In this document: positions 18,657-29,756 of the stretch, piece after piece
Layout of the letters: each line of letters begins with the position of its first letter
How positions within the stretch are numbered: the stretch's first letter is position 1
Origin: an uncultured Planctomycetia bacterium
GTDB lineage: Bacteria; Planctomycetota; Planctomycetia; Pirellulales; S012-138
NCBI GenBank assembly: GCA_963809785.1
Contig: CAWEKV010000003.1
Coordinates: 209,959 to 273,958 of the forward strand
Direction of reading: 5' to 3'
DNA length: 64,000 bases
Translations under genes and position numbers: made by a program
The notes under the pieces: generated by a model
The model's input: the letters and a program-made list of their open reading frames with translations, nothing else
Told to the model about the DNA's origin: nothing
The model's database searches: none

Positions 18657-21238
18657 TTATCGCTTGCCCTTCCACTGGTCCGCGGCCCAGTAATGCTCCC
18701 GCAGGGCCGACAGCGCGAACGGCGCGTGCCGGCCCTCGGGCAAGTCCCGGGGATCGAGCTGGAAGGCGAAGCCCACCGGGATCGGCTTCACCTTGAGTGC
18801 CAGCCCCCAGTGACCCCGGTAGTCTCCCAGCGCCACGGCGTCGAAGCGTACGAACTTCTCCTTGGCAACGTCGTATTCCAGGACGCCGTAAAGGCGCGCG
18901 TCGTAGAAGATCTCATACGGATCGGGCACACCCTTCTGGCCGGACTCAGGGTTTGGGCCGAACATGTGGCCGCCGTGCGGCTCGGTTCCCTTGCCGATTT
19001 CGCCCTGGAAAAAGGCGCTGCCCTCCAGACGCAGGCGGATGATGTCCCGCGACGTGTCCTCCACCGTGAGCTTCAGGTCTCCGGAGCGCAGCAAGCGCGG
19101 GCCCCAGTAGCCGCCGCCCGAGTTGGTGAACCAGTTGTAGAGGTAGAACAGGAAGATCCGCTGCCGGATGGCCGCGGGAAACGCGTAGGTCTCGCCCTTG
19201 CCGCGATTGCCGGGCGCCAGCGATTGCGCCTCGGCCTCGGTCAACCAGAGCCATTCGCGCTGCGGCTCGGAGAACCGGCTCTGCATGCTGTTGCCGCTCG
19301 GCCGTCCGCCGAACTCGGTGAGATCGATGGTCCGGGCGGCCTGGAACGATCCGTCGGCGCCGCGTTCCAGCGGCCGGCAGTAGACCTCGACGAACATCGC
19401 TCCCGGCGGCGGCGACTGGTCGGGATAGTACGGAAGCTTCGGATCATGCGGCCCGCGATCCTCGATGGCGGGCTGGCGCTGCTTCTCCGGCAGTCTGCGC
19501 GAACGCCTCCAGCGCGCCTTCCAGGGTCTTTTTGGGGCTCACCACCGGGTCGCCGCTGGCCGTGATGATCGACCAGAACGTCCCGGAGATTCGGTTCTGA
19601 TGCTTGACGGCCGCGGCCTTCTTCGAAACCTCCTTCTTCCACGCATCCTGGGTGGCGTAGCCGGTGCTCCCCCAGCGCGGGGCATAGGGGACGAACTTCT
19701 CCTTAAGCAGCGTCATCTGTTCTGCGGTCAACTTGTTCCATCCGGCAGCACGGCCGGAATCCATGGCCGCCATTCAGCAGTTGCCCAGCGGGTCGTTGAA
19801 ACCGGCACCGGCTGTGCCGAAGACGAAGATCGGCTTGTTCTCGGCGGCTGCCTTCTTGCGGGCATGCCAGACGCTCGCCAACCAGGGGACCTCATCCCAG
19901 CGATACTCGCCCGGCTGCAGCCGAAGCGTCTTGTGAAGTTGAGCGAACGACTGTGCAGTCAGGTGATCCCTCGTCCTTCGCTGCGATGTCTCGGCCGCCG
20001 ATGCTGGCGCGAACGGTACGGAACGAGCGGCCGCCCCGAAGGGCTGCACGCTATTCACGTCGCCGCCGTAGCGGGCATTGTCGGTGACGAGGCGCAGCGA
20101 CCGGATGCCGGGCTTGCCGACGGTGAACTCCAGATAGCCGACCAGGGCGGCCTGGGCAAAATTGTTGTCGTCCTTGTGGTAGAACGGGTGCTTCATCTTG
20201 AACCGGCCTTCGATGCGCGCTCGTGCGATACCCTGCTCGATGGATTCGACGCGCAGCCTTCAGCACTTGTTCGTCGATGCGGTTTTTCTTGAGATCGGTG
20301 TTCTCGGTGGGTGGATAGAAGTGGGTCAGCACTTTCGCCGCCACGTCTTTGGGCAATTCCCACGAAGTCTCCGGCCGCACTTCGCCGGCCGGCAACAGTC
20401 CCGTCCATTCCGCCTTGCTCAGGATCACCCAACCTTCCGAGGGCAAGCTGCCCCAGCCGATGGCCTGCTTGGTGCCGAGGTCCTTGACGTCGTTAGGCAC
20501 ATAGTCGTCGCCGCGGCGCTGCAAATACCGAGCGACGACGTGCACGACGAGCGAATCGGCATCGGCCTTTGGCCCTGCCGCGTGCCGCTTAGGTTTCACT
20601 ACCGGCTCGCCTTTGGGGACCTTTAGCTCACGGATTACTTGCTGCATCAGCTCGGCCAGGCGGTCCGGATCGTAGAGGACCTTTTCGTTTGCGGGAGCAG
20701 CGGCGAGGGCTCGTCCGTCGGGTGAGACCAGATACGCACACACGCTGCCCGCCTTGAGACCTGCGGCCAGCGCGTCGCGATAGATGCGAAGCTTCGCCGT
20801 CTTCTCTTCCGGCGGCGCACTGCCACTCTCGTCGTAGTCCTGGTTGCTCAGGTGGACCGGGACGAAGTAGCCGTTGAGCAGGTTGATGATCTTGGTGTTG
20901 GAGAGCGAACTCGCTCTGAATCCCGACGCGCCCCCTCAGCAGCGGTAGTCCGCGAAGTTGGCGCCGTCGTAGGTGAACAGGAACACCGGCCGCGCGTGCT
21001 TCTTAGCGAGCCGCTGCGCCTCGCGGAGGTCATTGGCCCATCCGATCTGATCCAGGGAGCGCTCCTCCGCGGTCGGCTGCCAGGCTTCGACGCGCTTGGC
21101 CACCCACGCGGCATCCTGCTTCGCGACCTGAGGCTCATCGCCACGGGCGAGGCCGATCGGGCGCGTGCCGCGAAGGTCGAGCCACGTCGTGATGAGCAAC
21201 AGCGTCGCGACAGCGACTGTCACAATTCTCAGACTCAT
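18657..21238 (-). CDS. Exported ~860-aa protein with two thioredoxin-fold modules, each with an in-frame TGA (candidate Sec); two frameshifts
   Basis: ATG 21236-21238 gives MSLRIVTVAVATLLLITTWL (signal). TGA 20936-20938 is in frame and reads through: ...RPVFLFTYDGANFADYRC-TGA-GGASGFRASSLSNTKIINLLNGYFVPVHL... into ORF 20051-20743, which has the same end coordinate mod 3. TGA 19774-19776 is directly abutted by ORF 19444-19773: ...KPIFVFGTAGAGFNDPLGNC-TGA-MAAMDSGRAAGWNKLTAEQMTLLKEKFVPY. Shifts lie at ~20250 and ~19495. The C-terminal third is ORF 18657-19397. Confidence 0.65.
19741..19758 (-). promoter_or_regulatory. SECIS-like hairpin downstream of TGA 19774-19776
   Basis: The mRNA reads UGA-15 nt-UCCGGC CGUGCU GCCGGA. 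This is a 6-bp perfect GC-rich stem with GU at positions 2-3 of the apical loop. Confidence 0.4.
20902..20917 (-). promoter_or_regulatory. SECIS-like hairpin downstream of TGA 20936-20938
   Basis: The mRNA reads UGA-18 nt-AGAGCG AGUU CGCUCU. This is a 6-bp stem with GU at loop positions 2-3. As at the other site in this gene, the stem is preceded by GGAUUC. Confidence 0.35.
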
Positions 21239-21323
21239 CGAGAACGCTCCTTACTCCTAAGGTTGGTCTTCGCGCGCCGCAAAGCTTTTCTTTGCATCAA
21301 GCAAGTTAAACCACAAAGAGCAC

Positions 21324-21382
21324 CAAGGACACGAAGGAGGATCGCGCCCGAGTGTTTCACCTTCGTGCTCTTCGTGTCCTTG
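21324..21382. repeat. Repeat family C hairpin abutting the IS110 left side
   Basis: caaggacacgaagg ... ccttcgtgctcttcgtgtccttg forms an inverted repeat. Confidence 0.65.
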
Positions 21383-21389
21383 TATGTTC

Positions 21390-22597
<1,208 letters not shown>

Positions 22598-22650
22598 CTC
22601 GAAACACAGCCGCTTCGTGGTTCATCTTGCTTTTAGTGTTCGTATTCCGT

Positions 22651-22755
22651 GTCCCTCCTGGTTGCGGCTATGCCGCGATGGGTCATCCGTCGTCTTCATC
22701 AGTTGCGGCTACGCTGCTGGTATTGCGTGCCCTCCCGTGGTTGCCGCTACGCCGC
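22651..22755. repeat. Repeat family G: direct copies of (c)cctcc-N-GGTTGCGGCTAYGCCGCG
   Basis: tccctcctggttgcggctatgccgcg (22651-22676), gttgcggctacgctgc (~22702) and gccctcccgtggttgccgctacgccgcg (22729-22755). Confidence 0.6.
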
Positions 22756-22808
22756 GCCGGCCGACAACCGACATCGAACACGAATTTCGGGTCGATCTAC
22801 CGGTTACC

Positions 22809-25462
22809 TCACTTCGCCGTGGTGCCGGCCGGCACCGCCTTGTGGCGGTACGCCCAGACCTTCTTGTCCTTGAAGTTGAACAGCACGAAGACGTTGTGCT
22901 CCGGGTCGAAGTCCATGGCGCCGACCCACGGGTTGCCGGGGCCGTTCTTCGCCTTCAGGTCGGTCCAGGTGTTGCGTGCGCACGTCGTAGCTCCAGGTGA
23001 GCGCGTCGTCGGGGCCGCCGAACTGCGTCGCCTTCTTGCCGCTGTGCAGCAGCAGCACCTTGTGGAACGGATCGTACACCAGCCCGCCGCCGGGCACCGC
23101 CCTGCGGCTGCACCTTCGGCTGCATGTCCTTCCAGACGTTCTTCTCCGGATCGTAGGTCCACGTCTGCGGCGGCCGGCGTCTCGAACGGCGGCACGTAGA
23201 CGACGAGCAGCCCGGCGTCCTGATCGACCGCGGCGGTCTGGTAGTAGGCCCAGCGCGGGTAGTCGCCGCCGGGGTTCGTGAGGTTCTTCCAGGCCGCCTC
23301 GGCGTGCGGGTCGGCGGCGCGGACGTCCAGCGCCCAGAAGTCCTTGGTCTTGTGGTTGACGTGCGTGAACTTGATCGGCATGACCAGGCCGTGCTTCCAG
23401 TCGCAGACCAGCCGCGTGGCCGGCTCGCCGTAGGGGGCCTCGTGATAGGCGGCCGGCCGGAACGAGTCGGTGGCCAGGTCGTAGCTGCAGAAGCGGGCCG
23501 CCGGGCGAGCGGCGGTGATACTCGACCATGCCGAGCTGGTTGGCCGTGCCGCCGATGCCGTGGCGAATCCACGCCGCCTTGAGCCACGGGTCCCAGGTGC
23601 GGCCGACCGAGCAGCCGTTGCCCGGCCGGCAGTCGCCCCAGCCGGCCATCAGCTCGATGCCGCGCCGCTGGACGAACTGCTCGGTGCCGAGGTCGAACAC
23701 GGTCAGCTCGTTGTTGTACGGCCCCGTGCAGCCGCCGTAGCGGAAGAAGAGCCGGTTGGCCGGGTCGTAGTTCCAGCCGATCTCGCCCCAGCCTCTGGGC
23801 CTGCACCTCGATCTTCAGGTTGACCCACTCGTTGACCGGAAAGTCGGGGCCGAAGCGGTCGTTGCGCGGCGCGTAGACCAGCGGCGGGAGGCCGGCATCG
23901 GCCTTGCGGAACGCCGCGGCCGCGGCGAGGGCGTCCTTCGTGCCGATCTGCTCCAGGCCGTCGGCCGCCGCCGCCCGGACCAGGCGAGCCTGGTCCTTCT
24001 CGAGCACCTGCTGTCAGCTTCGCCTCGGCCTTCGGCCCGCCGATGCGGCCCAGGAACAGCGACCGCGGCGTGACGGCGGTGCAGCGACTTGCTGTCGGCG
24101 GCGGCGAGCAGGGCGTCGAGCGCGTCGGCGCGTGCCCGCTCGGGCCAGCGCCTTGGCGCTGCGGAACGCCAGCGTCGCCGAGCGGGGCTCGTCCTTGTTC
24201 AAGGTCCTGCGCAGCGCCGCGACGGCCTTCGGCCCGCCGATGACGCCCAGCGCGTCGATGGCGGCGACGTTGCCCTTCTCGGCCAGCGGCAGAAGCAGGT
24301 CGAGCGCCTGGCGGCCGGCCTTGCGCGTGGTGACGTAGCAGACGGTCTGCTCGTCGAGGTACGGCCCGGTGAGGGCGACGAGGTCGGCGCCGCAGTAGCT
24401 CTCTTCCAGGCCGCGGACGATGAACGCCCGGTCCGCCTTCGGCATGATCTCCTTGACCTTGCGCCCGCACGCGGTCGCCGCTGCTGGTGGCGAGCCACCG
24501 CTGGACGTAGCCGGGATACCAGCCCTGCTGCAGCTTCGTGCCGGTCAGCTCGATGAGGGCGTCGCTGGCGTCGTCGTGACCGGCGCGCGACCAGGCCGCC
24601 AGGGTCTCGGCGCGCCGGCACATCTCCTCCCAGGCGCTCTGCTTCTCCAGCCTGGGAAGCTCTTCGAGCATCTTCGCGCAGGCGGCCTTCAACTGTTCGA
24701 CGGTCCTTCGGCGGAGGCGGCAGCGGGGCCTTCTTACGCGGCGCCTTCTCCGGCCGTGGCGTGAACAGCAATTGCTGCCGGACGCGGGCCACGGCGGCGC
24801 TGCGATCGCCGGCCGTCGCCGCCTTGGCCCGCTCCGCGGACTTGCCCGCCCTGGCCGAGGAGCACGCGCAGCGCAGCGGCCCGCAGCGGCGGATACGGCG
24901 AGTCGAGCAGCGGCAGGAGATCGACCTTGGGCGGGAACGCCGCGGCCAGGCTGACCCGTCCCGGCAGCACGCGGATCGACGCGCTCGTCGCGGCCCAGCG
25001 GAACGTCGGCCAGCAGCGTCTCGATGGCCTGCGCCGCGGCCAGCGCCACGGCCGAGTCCTTCGACGCCAGGGCCTCGGTCAGCGCGGGCAGCGCCCGCGC
25101 ATCGCCGAGCCAGCCCAGCTCCCACGCGGCGGCGACCGCATCGCCACCGCCGCGCTCAAGCGCCGCGGTCCAGCGCCGCAGCGCCTCGTCATCGGCGCGG
25201 TGGACGACCAACGACGCCGTTCGCCTCGGTCCAGGCGAGGCCCCACTGCTTGCACGCGTCGTCGAGGACCGCCTTGCGCGAGACGTCGCCGCCGACCCAG
25301 GCCCGGCCCGGCCAGCATCTCCGGCATGGCCCAGCGGATGTCGTCGCGCGCGGCCAGGATCGGCAACAGCTCGTGCGGCGAGTACCACGACTTCTCCAGC
25401 GGCGCGGGCTTGTCGGCGGCCACGACGACCCCGGCGACGATCCATAGGGCGAGGCAGTTCAT
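22809..25462 (-). CDS. Secreted HEAT-repeat plus Kelch-like beta-propeller protein (~880 aa), frame broken about 10 times
   Basis: ATG 25460-25462 gives MNCLALWIVAGVVVAADKP. HEAT-like segments include AAWELGWLGDARALPALTEALASKDSAVALAAAQAI, LLPLLDSPYPPLRAAALRVL and IDALGVIGGPKAVAALRRTLNKDEP. The C-terminal propeller has GWNYDPANRLFFRYGG, HNVFVLFNFKDKKVWAYRHK and similar blades. The gene is assembled from ORFs 25079, 23703, 24734, 24199, 24014, 22955, 22804 and 22809. Confidence 0.6.
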
Positions 25463-25501
25463 GTGGTGAAGCCTCCTCGTGTCTTTCAGGACACCAGGTC
25501 A

Positions 25502-26624
25502 CTATTTCAAGTATCGCTCGTCGTTGGCCCGCAAGGGGACCACGCGGGAGAGTTCGTCAGCCGGATCGGCCAGCGTGAACAGCACGGCGACGGGAAGCTT
25601 CTTGCCCTTGGGGATGACGTGCAGACTGGCGGAGAAGCCGCAGTCGATGAGTTGCTCGCCCAGCCCCTTCACCAGCAGGTCGAACCGCGTCACGCTGCCG
25701 TCCTTGGTTTCCACGAAGCCCAGCAGCTCGCCGTCGTCGCCCGCGCCAGTGCGGAACGAGCCCGTCAGCCTGCCCTTGCTCGCGGTCAGGTCCATCGTCT
25801 TCACGTCGCCGGCGACCACGTAGCTGACGTGCGGCAACAGGCGTTTCTTCAGGCTCTCGGGAAAGTCGCCGCGGACGAGGGCCTCGGTCTCGTCCTTGCG
25901 GACCCAGAGCCGGTCCACGCCGAGCGACCGCTGGTAGAGGCCCGCATAGGTATCGTTGCCCGTGGTCGGCGAGCCTTCTGCCTGGTAGTCGCCCACGACT
26001 TGCCAGGTCACGTAGCAGACGAGCCCGCCGTCGGGCGGCCGCTTGAGCTTGGCCAGCTCCTCGGGGGCCGGTTGCGGGATGTCGACGTTCTTCTCGGGTG
26101 TGTACTTGGCGAGGGCCCGCTTCAGCATGGGCACCACGCCCTTGGCTTCAAAGCTGCCGCCCATCTCCAGCACCTTGCCGCCGGCGGTGAAGGCCGACAT
26201 GCCCCAGGTGCAGAATTTCAGCCCCTTGTCCTTGACGAACGCGCGCTCGCCCGGCGTGAGCTGGGGGTGATTGACGTTGTCCAGCGCGATGCACACGAAA
26301 TGGTCGCGGAGCAGCTTGACCACCTCGGCATCGTTCAGGACCGCCTCACGGACGATCAGGCCGTTGCCTCAGGTGAAACCTAGCGCAGTTGCCGGTGTTG
26401 ACGTTGAAGAAGATCGGCTTCTCCTCGCGGGCGGCCTGCCGGCGGGCCTCCGTGACGCTCGTCTGCCAGGGGATGCTCGCCCAGGGTTGCGACTTGACGT
26501 GGAGCCGCTTGGCGAGCCGGGCAAACTCCTCGTCGGATAGCCGCGGCCCCTCGGCCAACGACGCCCCCTGGCTGAGACTGAAGGCCACCAGCGTGGCGAG
26601 CAGGCAGACTCGTGATCCCTTCAT
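25502..26624 (-). CDS. Exported thioredoxin-fold protein with in-frame TGA (candidate Sec); one frameshift just upstream of the TGA
   Basis: ATG 26622-26624 gives MKGSRVCLLATLVAFSLSQGASLAEG (signal), then ...PWASIPWQTSVTEARRQAAREEKPIFFNVNTGNC. After a 1-nt shift at ~26380 the frame of ORF 25502-26323 reads (L)GFT-TGA(26369-26371)-GNGLIVREAVLNDAEVVKLLRDHFVCIALDN. The end coordinates 26371 and 26323 are equal mod 3. Confidence 0.6.
26339..26357 (-). promoter_or_regulatory. SECIS-like hairpin downstream of TGA 26369-26371
   Basis: The mRNA reads UGA-11 nt-GAUCGUC CGUGA GGCGGUC. This is a 7-bp stem (two G-U pairs) with GU at positions 2-3 of the apical loop. Confidence 0.4.
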
Positions 26625-26775
26625 GGCGTCTAAACTCCTTGTCAGGGCGATGCACCGTGTGGCAACGGATCATTCCTCAACGATTGTCGCAGTCGATTCC
26701 TCGGTTACGACGCTCTCGTTCCGCGGGCTGGATGTCGATTATCGTCATGCGAACCGCCTTTTGCTACGCGGACCA

Positions 26776-27171
26776 TCATCGCTGGCGGTCGCCCGCCGGC
26801 CGAACGATGTCGGCCTTCGTGCTTTCGACAATGGCGAAGAGTTCCCGCTGCTCCGCTGGTGGAACCGCGAAGTGATCGAGCGTGGCCTGAAAGTCGGCCA
26901 GGAAAACCTGCCACTCCTCTTCCGTGATGTCCAGGTGCTCGTGCGAATCGAGCATCGACCGGCCGGTGTAGCGCTGGGGCCCGCCGGTCGCCCAGCAGAC
27001 CATCTCGGTCACCAGATACTTGAAGCCGGCCCGCGACACGCGGTGGTGCGCCTCATCGACCTTGGGATTCGCGTTCAGCCGCGGGTCGTCCATGATGCGG
27101 TTGATGAAGTCGTCCACCACCGAGGCGATCGCGTAGACGCCGCCGAGGCGCTCGTAGAGCGAGAGTGCCAT
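26776..27171 (-). CDS. glbN: Group 1 truncated hemoglobin
   Basis: 131 aa: MALSLYERLGGVYAIASVVDDFINRIMDDPRLNANPKV...FKYLVTEMVCWATGGPQRYTGRSMLDSHEHLDITEEEWQVFLADF. This is the classic 2-on-2 globin signature. Confidence 0.8.
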   Translation of the reverse strand: MALSLYERLGGVYAIASVVDDFINRIMDDPRLNANPKVDEAHHRVSRAGFKYLVTEMVCWATGGPQRYTGRSMLDSHEHLDITEEEWQVFLADFQATLDHFAVPPAEQRELFAIVESTKADIVRPAGDRQR

Positions 27172-27212
27172 CTGGGTTTGGTGTGTTGAGTGATCAAGCA
27201 GGATCTCACGTA

Positions 27213-27302
27213 CACTAGCCCGACGCGCGAGCGAGGGAGAGTCGCGACAAGCCACGGCCAGCGGCACTTCTCCCTCGCTTGCGCGCTCGCGCCGGGCTAG
27301 TG
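27213..27302. repeat. Repeat family B, complete inverted repeat (hairpin) between thyX stop and glbN start
   Basis: cactagcccgacgcgcgagcgagggaga ... tctccctcgcttgcgcgctcgcgccgggctagtg. The arms are ~28 nt and the loop ~30 nt. Confidence 0.85.
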
Positions 27303-27308
27303 TTCGGG

Positions 27309-28247
27309 TCAATGTGTTGACTCGTCCATCACGGCCACGTCGTCCGTAGCCGACAGAATTCCCAGCCGCACCAGCTTCGCCCGGCACTCGTCCCGCTCGC
27401 GGCAGCGTTTGAGGTCGGCCCAGGTCTTATCCTGCACGACCAGGAAGTCCTCTTCCGATGCAACCGACTTTTTCTCCTCCGCCAGCCGCTTCATCAGCCG
27501 CGCGATGACCTCGCGGTCCAGCCGCGTCAGGTGCACGGCCTCGCGGCGGTAATCGACGAACGCCTCCCACACCAGCGGGAAAAGCGGCCGCACGATCTGC
27601 TCGCCGATCGTCGTGGCGTACTGCCGGATTTCCCACTGCGCGTGGGCGTCCATCCGCAGCTCCAGAAAGTGCAGCAGGTTGTGCAGGTCGATCTTCCAGT
27701 AGGCCTCCGTGTAGGTCGAAAGCGGCAAGTCCTTGCGGGCTTGCTCACGCGCCACGCCGAGCTCCAATCGCTGCTCGTAGAGTGCTCGCGCTTGTTGCTG
27801 GAATGCCTTCTCGCCCGCAGACAGCCCGGCGCCGACATCGCCGGGCAAGCTGCCCTCGCTTCCTTGGCGGTTGGTCGCTGCTTGCTGCCGCCATTCGTTC
27901 GACGGCGTGGTCTGGGCGGCGTCGATGGCAATCGAATAACGAGTGCTATACTCATTCACCGAGGCCGCGCGATGGCGAATCCACTGCCGCCAGCTGTCCA
28001 TCGGCACGCGGACCAGCAGCTTGATCTCGGCCATCTCGAAGGGCGTCGTGTGCCGGTGCCGCATCAGGTAGCGGATCAGCCCGCGGTCGTCGGAGACCTT
28101 GCGCGTGCCTTCGCCATAGCTTACGCGGGCCGCCTGCACCACCGCCTGATCGTCGCCCATCGCATCGACGAGGCAGACAAAGCCGTCGTCCAGGACGGGC
28201 AGTTTTTTCCAGCGGAGGGCTTCGACCTGGTCGGCGTTGGTGGGCAT
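27309..28247 (-). CDS. thyX: FAD-dependent thymidylate synthase ThyX (long form)
   Basis: It carries the exact ThyX motif RHRAASVNEYSTRYS (RHRxxSxxxxSxRY), plus FVCLVDAMGDDQAVVQAARVSYG and LMRHRHTTPFEM. ATG 28245-28247 (MPTNADQVEAL) is preferred over 28382 because the divergent sigma-factor gene starts at ~28375. Confidence 0.9.
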   Translation of the reverse strand: MPTNADQVEALRWKKLPVLDDGFVCLVDAMGDDQAVVQAARVSYGEGTRKVSDDRGLIRYLMRHRHTTPFEMAEIKLLVRVPMDSWRQWIRHRAASVNEYSTRYSIAIDAAQTTPSNEWRQQAATNRQGSEGSLPGDVGAGLSAGEKAFQQQARALYEQRLELGVAREQARKDLPLSTYTEAYWKIDLHNLLHFLELRMDAHAQWEIRQYATTIGEQIVRPLFPLVWEAFVDYRREAVHLTRLDREVIARLMKRLAEEKKSVASEEDFLVVQDKTWADLKRCRERDECRAKLVRLGILSATDDVAVMDESTH

Positions 28248-28374
28248 GGCGTAAGCCTGCGGCAAGCCGCCCGCGAATGCAAGCCCTGAAGCGTAGGGCA
28301 CGTTTCCCAACGTACCTGTCCAAAAAATCTCGCCAACCGTGGGTGAGGTTTCTTCGCCCGCGGCAATTATCTTC

Positions 28375-28957
28375 ATGAACATGACCGCCGCCAGCTCACC
28401 GCCGGACGCCGCGAGGGGCCCAGTCGATTGGTCGGCTGCGCTGGCCGAGCGCCACCGCTGGCTGCGGACCGTGCTGCTGGCCCGGCTGAGCGATCGCCAA
28501 GCGGTGGACGAAGTGCTGCAAGAGGTGGCCCTGGCCGCCGTACGGCATGGCCCGCGGCAACTCGGCGAAGGCGAGGTGTCGGCCTGGCTATACCGGGTGG
28601 CGGTGCGGCAGGCGCTGCTTCATCGGCGGCTGTCCGCGCGGGCCGCCCGGCGCACCGCAGCCTACGCTCAGCGGGCGGAGGCCGCGCAGCGTAATGAAGC
28701 AACGCTGCGCAACGGCGCCGGCGACCCGCTGCGGTGGCTGCTGGCCGACGAAGAGGCCGCGCTGGTGCGCGAGGCGCTGTTGCGGCTCGCGCGCGAGGAC
28801 CGCGAGCTGTTACTGCTGAAATACACCGAAGACTGGAGCTGCAAGGAACTGGCCGCCCATTTGGGCATTCAAGTGACGACTGTCGAGACGCGTTTACAGC
28901 GGTGCAGAGCGCCTGCGGCGCGAGCTCTCACAACTGGATATCGGGCCAAACGATTGA
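28375..28957 (+). CDS. ECF-type sigma-70 family factor (frameshift near 3' end)
   Basis: Region 2 is VSAWLYRVAVRQALLHRR. Region 4 is LLLLKYTEDWSCKELAAHLGIQVTTVETRL. A third frame after ~28905 gives the expected ending ERLRRELSQLDIGPND, with stop TGA at 28955-28957. Confidence 0.85.
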
Positions 28958-28969
28958 GGGGGGAAAGGC

Positions 28970-29750
28970 ATGAATAATCGACTGCCGCCGCAAGGCCATT
29001 CAACCAGCGGCCCGGCGACGTCCACGCGCGTCGCAGGACGAGTTGGACCGTCTCGTGGACGGCGATCTCGAGCCGGGCGCTCGCCGCCTGCTGCTGGCGG
29101 CGCTGGCCGATGAGCCGGGCGGCTGGCAGCGCTGTGCGCTTACGTTCCTCGAGGCCCAGTCCTGGCGGAAAGCTTCCCGGCAACTGGCGGCTGAGCCGGG
29201 TGGCGGCCCAAGCGGTGCGCGGCCCCCCGTCGCCCAGCCGCTGTGGCGGCGCCGCGAAGTGCGCCGCTTGGCAGGCAGTGTCGTTGCCGCGGCGGCGGTG
29301 CTCGCTCTGGTGTTTTGTGGCGGCCTGGCGACGGGCCGCGCCTGGTCCACCTCGTCGGGCGAGATCGCTGGAGATGCTGCTCGGGAATCGTCTCAGACCG
29401 CCGTCCCTAAGACGGTTGTCACCCAGGGCGACGGCAGCACCGCAGGCCATGGCCAGGAGGCGCGCATGCTCCTGCACGTGCTGGGCTTCATCAACGTGCA
29501 GGGAGAAGACGGCGCCCGCCACGCCGTGCCGATCCTCGCGGCCCCCGGTCTTAAAGTCGATGCACCTCGGCAGTCAGCCACACTAGCGGTCCGCGATAGG
29601 GATGCCGGTCAATCCGATCAGCGCCTGGCAACGGCCTTATCTGCCGGCACGGACGGCGAGCCCATCTCGCTTCCACTGGCCCCCGGGCAGCGCGTCAGTG
29701 TTCCTGCCGATTGGATGAATGCCATCGCCCAAGTCCAGAGCGTGTATTAG
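28970..29750 (+). CDS. Putative anti-sigma factor (one early frameshift)
   Basis: It lies immediately downstream of the ECF sigma gene. It reads QDELDRLVDGDLEPGARRLLLAALADEPGGWQRCALTFLEAQSW, followed by a TM helix (LAGSVVAAAAVLALVFCGGLA). ATG 28970 is in another frame, with the shift at ~29000. Confidence 0.55.
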
Positions 29751-29756
29751 CCGTTC

